DNA of 32,000 bases, from assembly GCA_054661495.1 (NCBI GenBank), contig BAAFSQ010000068.1:1-32000 (forward strand). Reading direction: 5' to 3'. The DNA is from Zygophlyctis sp. KS116. Taxonomy: Eukaryota; Fungi; Chytridiomycota. The translations under genes and the position numbers were made by a program. The notes under the pieces are model-generated. The model saw nothing but the letters and a program-made list of their open reading frames with translations. It searched no databases and was not told the DNA's origin. Shown here one piece after another: positions 23,425-32,000 of the stretch (position 1 is its first letter; the number at the start of each line of letters is the position of its first letter).

Positions 23425-26400
23425 TCAAGGAGAAATTCTACGAGGCTTAAACCATGCCAAGAAGAGAGAGCTTGTAATTACAGACACAGAGCTAAGAGCC
23501 ATTAATAATCCTGCAATCCAAGGTTTTAATTCTAAATGTGGAATAAATCCTGCTGCAATCGGTATGGCCAATAAATTGTATGAAAATGCCCATGCAAAAT
23601 TATATCTAATCTTTAAAAAGGTTGCTAAAGAAAGATCCAAAAGAATCTTTACATCTTGTAAATCTGATTTCATGAGAACAATGTCTGCAGCTTCAATAGC
23701 AACATCTAGTCTTTAATATTAATGGGATACCTGATCCAGCGCCTATAGCTATTCCTAAATTAGACCGAGCAAGTGCTATAGAATCATTGATTCCATCACC
23801 TACCATACCAACATTACATCCTACAAAACGCTCTTGAAGCCATTGGATTTTTTCAGATTTTTGTTCTGGGAGTACATGAGAAAAGATATTTGTTGATGGG
23901 ATTCCAACCGCTTTTCCAACGGAATTAGCCGTTAAGCTATTGTCACCAGTGATCATCCATACGTCAATATTTTTGGATTTCAAGTATGAAATTACATTGA
24001 AGGCCTCTGGTCTGATTTGATCAGCTAATCCAAAGATTGCAAGAATGCGCGACTCTCCTAATCGAGATCGAGAGCCTACTAATACGACTGATTCTCCTTG
24101 ATTCTGAAATCCTTCCAAAGTTAAAATTAATGCTTTTTGGGCGATTTCTGTTAAAGATAGTAATCCATTTTCCACCATCCAGGCTTCGCTGCCGGTAAAT
24201 ATAGTCATTCCATCCCACTCTGGAACTGTAACTTGAAATCCTTTCCCAGCAACTTCTTTTGAGTCTTCCAATTTCCAATTTTTCGTATCACTTGAATTCA
24301 AGCATTTGAAAGAAGAAAAAGAAGCAACTGCCGCAGCTAAAGGGTGGTCACTCATTGCTTCAATAGCACACAAGAGCGACCAAAAATCATTTTCCACTAT
24401 TTGGGAGCCTTGCAAGAGTAGGCGATGTTCAACGATAGCCGGCTTTCCAATTGTCAGAGTCCCTGTTTTGTCAAAAACTATTGTTTTTAATCTATGAGCT
24501 GATTCCAGAGCTGTTCCACCACCCTTGGCAAGTATCCCATTTCGAGCCGCCACTCCTGTCCCAACCATGATTGCAGTAGGTGTAGCTAGTCCTAGTGAGC
24601 AAGGACATGCGATTACTAGAACAGAAACACAAAAATTCAATGCTATTTGGTATGAATATCTACCGCTAGGAACACGATCTGGATTTAAAGAAAAGTATAC
24701 CATCCAAAATGTAAATGTTAAAATCGCAATAATTATAACTAGCGGGACAAAATACGACGAAATTTTATCTAATATTTAATGATTTAAAAATACCTGCCAT
24801 AGCTTGTATAGGAGGTTTAGAGCTTTGGGCATTTTGGACAAGTTTAATAATTCGAGATATAGTAGTATCAGAGCCTGTTTTACTGACCTTGATCAATATT
24901 TGAGATGTCAAATTTACGGTTCCAGCCATAACCTCTGATCCTAGCGTCTTTGATACAGGTACTGTTTCTCCGGTGAGCATACTTTCATCAATAAAAGTCG
25001 CTCCTTTGAAAATGAACCCATCACAAGGTATCCTCCCACCAGGATTTATTTTAAGGATATCACCCATTTGTACCAAAGAGACTTGAATGATTTTTTCATT
25101 TACTGGATCAGATTCATTAAATTCAATCAAACACGCCTCATCTGGAGTTAACTGAAGAAGCTTTGTAATTGCTTGAGAAGTTTGACCTAAAAATAAATAT
25201 CAAATAATAACCTTTTGCATAAGACTCCAAGAATTTCCCCAAAATGACAAAAAATATTAAAAACACACAAGTTTCAAAATATTGCTCTAGAATCGATTCA
25301 CCTTGATAAATATTCACCATTAAAGAAAAAACAGAATATGTGTAAGTGATCCCAGTACCTAAAGCAACTAATACATCCATCTAAAATAAGAAAACTTTGA
25401 AATTTCATACATTTGCAGTCTTTGCATACACCAGAGATCTGTAAGCACCATTGAAGAAATGCCAACCAAGACCAAACTGAACAGGAGTTGCCAACAAAAA
25501 CAATACAAGATCAGAAATAGTCAATCCAGGAACAATAGTTTCCATAAACCAAATTCTTAAAGAATTTTCATCAGGAAGAACCATCATGATAATCATTGAT
25601 ACAAAAAAAGTAGGCAAAACAAATACCAAGGACCATATAATACGATTATACAATGACTGAAACTCTTTTTGATCAATATTTTGCGCAGAAAGATCCAAAT
25701 TATTTTCATCCCAAATAGAAACAGAATATCCCAAATCTTCAATTATATCCTTTATATCCCGAAGTCCTATCAATTGTGGATTATAAACCACTTTTGCCTC
25801 GTGTGTCATTAGACTGACACTTGAATCCAGAATCCCTGGTCTACCCTTTAATCCATTTTCAACAGCAGAAACACAGGATGCACAACTTAATCCTTGTATT
25901 AACAGTTTTATAATCTTTTGATTAGACTGATCTATAGTCGCTAGAGAAATACTTTCAATCCCTCCTATTGTATACCCCATATCTTGAATACTTTTTGCAA
26001 CATCTTGAGCAGAAAGAACTATTGAATCATGAATTAAAACTGCTTTTGGAGGTATAAGAGATACTGAAACTGAATCTTTGACCACTCCTATAATATTCTT
26101 TAGAGAATTATCTATTCCTGAAACACAAGACGCACAACTCATTCCAGAAATCAGAATCTGCGTTTTAACCAAGTTTGCTACATTTATCCTATGATCAGCC
26201 TGATCTTTGTAAAGAGGTAAAGAGTCAATTGTATTTATAACAGCCTGATACCCCCTTTCAGCAAGAATTGAAATTACGGCCTTTTCTGAAAATGGAGCAG
26301 AGAATAATAGATTTAAAGTATTTTCTTTTCCAGTTTCCACAATAACATTCTTGAGAGTCTTGATTCTAGATGTTAATAGACTTGATACAAGTTCCACCGA

Positions 26401-26562
26401 TCTCTTATTTCCATCCAAAAGAGAGAGAGTCATCAAGTGAAAAGACTTGATGGGCTTCAATGTCCGACAATTGCAAGTAATGCATTTACAGGTTTCGCAA
26501 GAACAACAAGATTCCTGAATAATAATTGGAATATTTGTATCAGGGCAGTTGCATTCATTCAT
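23425..26562 (-). CDS. Copper-transporting P1B-type ATPase (Ccc2/ATP7-like)
   Basis: Two HMA motifs (GMSCASC, GLSCASC), [33 protein letters not shown], and YN / MALSS TM ligands. Four introns. Confidence 0.95.
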
Positions 26563-26626
26563 TGCGGCCTTCACCTACGAGTATTGTAAATTGTACTGGA
26601 GTCGGTCCTCTTTGCTGGATACTTAA

Positions 26627-29066
26627 ATGATTGACTGGAAACCGGCTTTCAAGGCTTCGGCTGCATTGATGATTACTAGTCTACTTACATTTTCTTCTTG
26701 GTTTGATGAAATCTCCCAGGGATACTCTTATTTTGTGTCATTGGCCGTTTTATTCTTTCATCCGGCAAGAAGCGTCGGAGCAATGACTGAGGCGGTACTG
26801 ATCTGCGCTATAAGTCTGGCGATTGGATATTGTATAGCTTCTGTTTGTTTGTTATTGGTGGAATATGATGAACGATTTGTGGGGAATATGACACAGGCAT
26901 ATATTATTGCAATATTGATCTTATTTCTGACAACGTTTTGTTTGGCATTTGTCCGAGCAAAGTATTCTGCAAAGCGTCAAGTGATTGCAACTGCATGTTC
27001 GGTATATATGATTATTTAAAAATAGTTGGTTCATATTTTGACATTTGTTACAATAACGCAAATGGGATTAGATGAAACTCTATATAGACTTCCACAAAAG
27101 ATTGATTCAATTGTTTTATGTATGATGATTGGAACGTTGGTGTCATTTTTGGTTTGTGTAATTTGTTTTCCTGAAACTGCTTCTCAGAAGACTCAAAATT
27201 CTATGGTGGATATGATGGATGCATTCATTGATATTATTGATTTTTCAAATCTTTCTTTTCTTTCTAAAATGGTAGATGAACCAGTGACAGAGGATCCAAA
27301 GATTTTGGCGAGTAAACTAAAAAGTTTAGACTTGAAATTAACTTCAATTTCTAATTCAAGATTTGAAACTTGTTTTGAACCATTTTCTAGATTCTCAAGA
27401 AAAAGACTCTGTTATAATAAGATAATATCAAGTATGGAAAGTTTAATTCTTCATTTTGCGTCTTTAACATCTACAATATCATCAATGTGGGTCTTGAAAG
27501 ATGCTAATGAAATGAATCAGAGTTTTTATCAAGGTTTCTTTACAAAATCTTTTCAGGAAATTAGAAATGTGCTTTTTCAAGATGGTCAATGTGTTAAAGT
27601 TTGCTCACATATTTTAGAGTTGGAAGGTGAACCTGATCAAGATTTACAGAATGAATTTGATGCTCTTCATAAAAATTTATATGAATCATTACAAGACTTT
27701 CAATCTCTTCTCAATTCTGAATTATCCATTTTAAATCATGATTTAGACATGAAAACATATCAAATATACTTTTTTGTATTTGGGGTGCAAGAAATTACCA
27801 GAGAAATTTTAAATTTGATGGATTCTATTCATGGATTATTTGACGAAACTCCTCAAATTAATTCTATGCGCTTAGATTTCAAGGATTACATATACTCTTT
27901 TTTTAAAGATATAAAGCTATTTCAAATTAGATTTGCGCTTAAAACTGCTTTTGCAATCACGTTAATGGGTATTCCTGCATTTCTGAATGAAACTAAACAC
28001 AATTTTTACCGATATAGATTAAGTTGGGCAATGTCATCGACAATTGTAGTATTAACATACAGTGTTGGTGGAACATCTTCTGCATCATGGTATAGAATAT
28101 TAGGTACAATTGGAGGTGTCATGATGTCTATTATTATTTGGCTGCTTTTTCCTGATAATGCAATTGGCTTATTGATATCTTTAGGCTGCATTTCTGTGCC
28201 GTCCTTTTATTTTCGGTTTAATTCTAAATATCCAAAAGTGGCTCAGGTAAATGACTTTATCTCAACCTTAGATTTTTCTTTTAACCTTTACAATTATTAT
28301 TCTTCAAAAATACTCCTCCTTGGAAGACCCACTGCTCGATAAAACCTTTTCTATTTATGAAATAGCATTCAGACGTGGAACAGCCGTTTCTTTAGGAGTA
28401 ATAGTTGGTGTTTTTGTCTCTCGAAATATCTGGCCTTATCAGGCTCGAACAGCAGTTAGAAAAGGAATATCTCTAGTATACCAAGATATCAGTGCTTTAC
28501 TAGTGGAAATTTTAAAGATGATTAATAGTGACAATAGTCCTGATCCATTAAAAATCAAGGAATTGACCAATTTAGAATTAAGACTACGAATTTCATACTC
28601 TGAACTTGAAAAATCCTTAAAAGAAACCAATCATGAAGGCTTCAATTTTCCTGTAGAAACTTATTCTAAAATTCTGTCAAGTATTCAAAAAATTCTGAAT
28701 AGATTTTCTTCTATAAGAATGGGAGTAAGTCGGGAAGAATTTCCAAATTCATCTATTAGAGACAATGAACATATTGACAAACTTTGCAAAGAAATGATTG
28801 ATCAAGTCTTGTTACATTTTTATGTTCTCTCTGGAGCCATGAAACTTAAATTAGCCTTACCTCCAAGACTTTCGGACGCTCAAGGTTCACGAGAACGGTT
28901 ATTGATGGCGATTTCAAATTTACCTACTCCCCACCAACCCTTCTATATAGCATTTGTTCTAGAAGATGTGATTGAAGAGCTGATAGTGTTGGAGGTCTTA
29001 ACAAGATCGCTGTTTGGAAACTTTAATGGAACTCGCAGGGTTTTAGAAACCGAATTGGACCCTTGA
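26627..29066 (+). CDS. FUSC-like / aromatic acid exporter (ArAE/ALMT-related) membrane protein
   Basis: FFHPARSVGAMTEA, IRFALKTAFA..PAF..WA...SVGGT...RILGTIGG, and NIWPYQARTAVR. Introns at 27002-27025 and about 28247-28271. Confidence 0.8.
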
Positions 29067-29080
29067 GCGCGTCAAAAAAA

Positions 29081-29377
29081 ATGTCGAGTTTAATTGGTCC
29101 AACGTTTTCACTTAGCGAACGTTTCTCGGCTATTCAAAAGGAAAAATCCAGAACAAGACCTAGAGAGAAGAAGCTAAATCACACACCATATGATAAACCA
29201 GTTTACAAGACACATGAAAAGCCGGTCGCTATCAAAACTTCAAGGAAAAAACAAAATATTAAAGATAGATTAGGACCAAAGTCTGCATTGGAAAGACTCG
29301 GACCAAAATCTTCCTCTAGCATTGGAAAGCCTTCTTCTATAAACTCTAGACTCGGGAAAAGAAATAGTCGTGTATAG
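29081..29377 (+). CDS. Small basic protein (98 aa) with SLSERF and three xRLG motifs; possible nuclear RNA-processing adaptor
   Basis: ATG preceded by an A-run. The ORF fills the whole gap between its neighbours and carries IKDRLG, LERLG and INSRLG repeats. Confidence 0.6.
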   Translation: MSSLIGPTFSLSERFSAIQKEKSRTRPREKKLNHTPYDKPVYKTHEKPVAIKTSRKKQNIKDRLGPKSALERLGPKSSSSIGKPSSINSRLGKRNSRV

Positions 29378-29396
29378 CCTTTTTTTAATCAAAATC

Positions 29397-31456
29397 TTAA
29401 ACTGAAACTGTCCATGAGGTTTTGTCTTCAACCAAGTCTACTGATCCCTTTGATTTATAATTGCGGAAAGGTGATGATCTTTTTCCGGAAGGGGAAGAGG
29501 TGTTGACTGTACCATCAGCTTCAAATTCAAAGAATCCTGAATCACCATGAGATACACTGGAGTTAGCATCATCCAAAAAAAATTTGTTGCTTCGATTTAC
29601 ACTTTCTTCATTATCTGAATTGCTCTCTGTCATAATTCCAACAAGAGGAACTAATTCAATCTGTGAAACGGGTCGCATTTCTAGGGGAGGTTTAGAAGCT
29701 ACTTTATAGTCAAGTTTATCAGTCCAAAGTTGAAGCATGTGAGCATGGAGCTGGGGAAATGTTAGAAATAAAAGACCGCTGACAGGAATATAGAACCAAT
29801 CAGTCAGATTCCAATTAGTCCTTGTAGAAACTAAAGTTGGGCGTCTGCCAAGATACTGAACCTTGGAGAGATTTGATCTATTATTATTCTCCCATCTATC
29901 TGAAGAGCCCCATTGATGATATTTTTCATAAAATACCAACATTAGTAAAAGAGGAGGAAGAGTTAAAAATCGAAGCCAAAGTCCTAAATTAAGTGCAGTT
30001 TGAAGAATAGGATGTGGGTCAGAGGATGACCAAAGAGTCCAAAGATATGAGTATTCATTTGCTCCTAACTGAGGAATGTATAATCCAGTTACAAAAACTA
30101 ATGCAAAAATGTGTCCCTTTAAATAAGTTTCAAAATACAATTTACCATAATTATATGCGCTTCCAAAACGCGTAGGAATAACACCAGGACTTTGGATAGA
30201 GGTAGAGACAAAAATTGATTATTTGGTTTGATAACTGGAGCCATTGGTATTTCAACAACTTCACCAGACTCTGTTATGTCATAGCCAGGTTTTAAAATTC
30301 CAAAAACAGTTCGTCGAATTACATATGCCACATCTAAACAACCCCACATATGTCTTTTACTCTGAGAATATCTTGCACCAATAGAGTCTAAATAAGATGA
30401 CCCTTCTACATTACATTGAGAAGCAGGAGAGAGAATTGTTTTTACAATAAGTTGCCCTTGTGTACTAAAGAAACACTTTAGATACATGTGCATATCTTCA
30501 CCAATAGAGTCTGTTCCTGAATCCCAAAACCCAACACTTTTAGCAAGTTTCAGCGAGAGTGAGTAAGCAGAACAAGGAAACTTGATTGGAGAACCTTCAA
30601 ACAAATGAGACATTACACCTAAAATTAGTAAAAAAACCATTAAAATTACCTCCAGACCACAACATATCAGCAATTCTAATTGGAGCAGGAACATTGGCTG
30701 AATTCCTAGGTTTAGTTTATAAAAAGCGAAAACTTTCCGAAATTCGGAAATTTTAAACCTGGACCAACATGGTGGGTACCCAGTTTAAAGGGAATTTTTA
30801 AATTACCTATCAAATATAGTAGGAGGAGCAAACATTAAAATCCCCCTATCTTCCTTTCTAGTATCAAAATAAGCATCAGAAACTTTAATAAAATAATCCT
30901 GAGCAAAACAAGTATCAGAATCCATTATAGTTAATACACAATTTTCCCCCAAATCTTGTCTTTTATCCATTTCTGAGACTGCCCAAGACACATTTGAAGA
31001 CTTTCCTCTAACTTCCCCCTCTAATCCTGCCGGATGTATAGTAAAAGTAATATCTGAAAAATGATCTTGATACATTCGAACTAGAGTCTTTGCTTTTACA
31101 ACTGCTTGAGACTCTGATGCTTCCATTGCCAATACCAGAGTATAATTTACAGAAGCTTGCTCATGAGAAGCTAAAATATCCAAAGTCTCTGTTAGAGTTT
31201 CCATTGATTCCTTATAGTTTGGAAGAATTATTAAATGTTGGACAGTTGAAGAGTATTTCCTTAAGTAGTCTTTAGCAGCATCCTTTGAAATAGAGTAAAT
31301 TCCCCAAGCCGTTCGGAAGTTGTTATTGATAAAGACTAAATGAAGAGCTATGTAGAAGAATGAGAATATAAATGGAGTGTATAGAGGTCCCCAGAAGAGA
31401 AATGTAATGAAGAATATTGCATAAGTCCCTGGTATCCTTTGAAGTAGAGATCTCAT
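29397..31456 (-). CDS. Membrane-bound family 2 glycosyltransferase
   Basis: Motifs HLIILPNYKE, LAMEASE, HP..LEGEVRGKSSN, DSD, GEDMHM and QSKRHMWG (QxxRW-like). TM helices at both ends. Introns at 30706-30806, 30619-30649 and 30117-30145. Confidence 0.85.
30706..30806 (-). other. 101-nt structured spliceosomal intron (length outlier)
   Basis: GTAATT...CTAAACCTAG. Its removal gives the continuous reading PTIFDR|NSANVPAPIRIADMLW. It contains two inverted-repeat stems. Confidence 0.8.
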
Positions 31457-31714
31457 TTTCAATTTTTTTTTCAACGCGAGAAAATCTTTTTAAAAATAGA
31501 AAGTTGCCGCTCAAAAAACGCCAAAATAGAATTCACAACACGAGTGATTTCAAAACACTCATTTTAGTTTTTTATTTTATTTTTAATTTTATTGTTTTAT
31601 GATTTTATTTATGATTTTTCTAATTTTTAAACTCCTAACTTAGTAATGATCTTTAGCAATCACATAAGTAGTGCCAGGTCCATGCTCAAGGTTACACTAA
31701 ACCCACCTTAAGAC

Positions 31715-32000
31715 ATGCCTTACTTGTCAGTCGCACATGGTCGTAGTGGTGGTCCGTTTTCCTTGTTTTATAATATTCATGGATCTGGTACTGAAAAAAT
31801 TCTGTTAATCAATGGAATGGGTGGAATATCTAGTCAATGGGATGATCAAGTGGAATATTTACAAAGATTTAAGGAATTTCAGATTTGTGTTTTTGATAAT
31901 AGAGGTGCGGGACATTCAGACTCTCCAGATGTCTATTATTCTACTTTTGAAATGGCTAAAGATGCTCTAGAATTATTAGAATTTTTAGGATGGTCTAAAG
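31715..32000 (+). CDS. Alpha/beta-hydrolase fold protein, 5' part only (absent from the ORF track)
   Basis: MPYLSV...LFYNIHGSGTEKILLINGMGG..SQWDDQVEYL...ICVFDNRGAGHSDSP..YSTFEMAKDALELLEFLGW, open to the window end. Confidence 0.88.
   Translation, partial: MPYLSVAHGRSGGPFSLFYNIHGSGTEKILLINGMGGISSQWDDQVEYLQRFKEFQICVFDNRGAGHSDSPDVYYSTFEMAKDALELLEFLGWSK

Noticed and set aside
15471-28630. Many 60-110 aa antisense or off-frame ORFs in the track (e.g. 15471, 15734, 20439, 21601, 24306, 24525, 28006, 28439)
   Set aside because: They lie within well-supported genes and have no independent motifs.
30706-30750. Helitron 3' end (hairpin followed by CTAG)
   Set aside because: The hairpin is too far from CTAG, there is no 5' TC or A/T insertion site, and the CTAG is explained as the splice acceptor.
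31480-31630. T-rich low-complexity tract and the 61-aa ORF 31417-31602
   Set aside because: Ordinary AT-rich divergent promoter sequence with no defined repeat unit.
1-32000. Pseudogenes, programmed frameshifts or an alternative genetic code explaining the broken ORFs
   Set aside because: Every break is resolved by a canonical short GT-AG intron that restores conserved motifs, and TAA, TAG and TGA all serve as real stops.

Overview
AT-rich, extremely compact eukaryotic DNA. The gene content and style suggest an early-diverging (chytrid-like) fungus, which is my inference. I reconstruct 16 protein-coding genes by hand: secreted heme peroxidase (partial), XLF/NHEJ1-like, CAF-1 subunit Cac2, a large TmcB-like membrane protein with five PAS domains, INCENP, SelO, a secreted LRR protein, a CBM10/dockerin-like surface protein, Rec8-type kleisin, TFIIB, Dicer, Cu P1B-ATPase, FUSC/ArAE-type exporter, a small basic protein, a GT2 glycosyltransferase and an alpha/beta hydrolase (partial). 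The ORF track looks fragmented because the genes are split by about 60 GT-AG introns of only 23-31 nt. Same-strand neighbours are mostly separated by 12-34 nt. Standouts are one 101-nt structured intron, a probable 3-nt microexon, tandem FixL-like heme-PAS domains with no output enzyme, a Dicer with a ~230-aa SIM-bearing insert inside RNase IIIb plus a C-terminal zinc motif, and recurring CGCG/ACGCGAAA motifs near start codons. I found no rRNA, tRNA, CRISPR or clear mobile element. All splice models and family calls come from reading motifs by eye, not from database searches.
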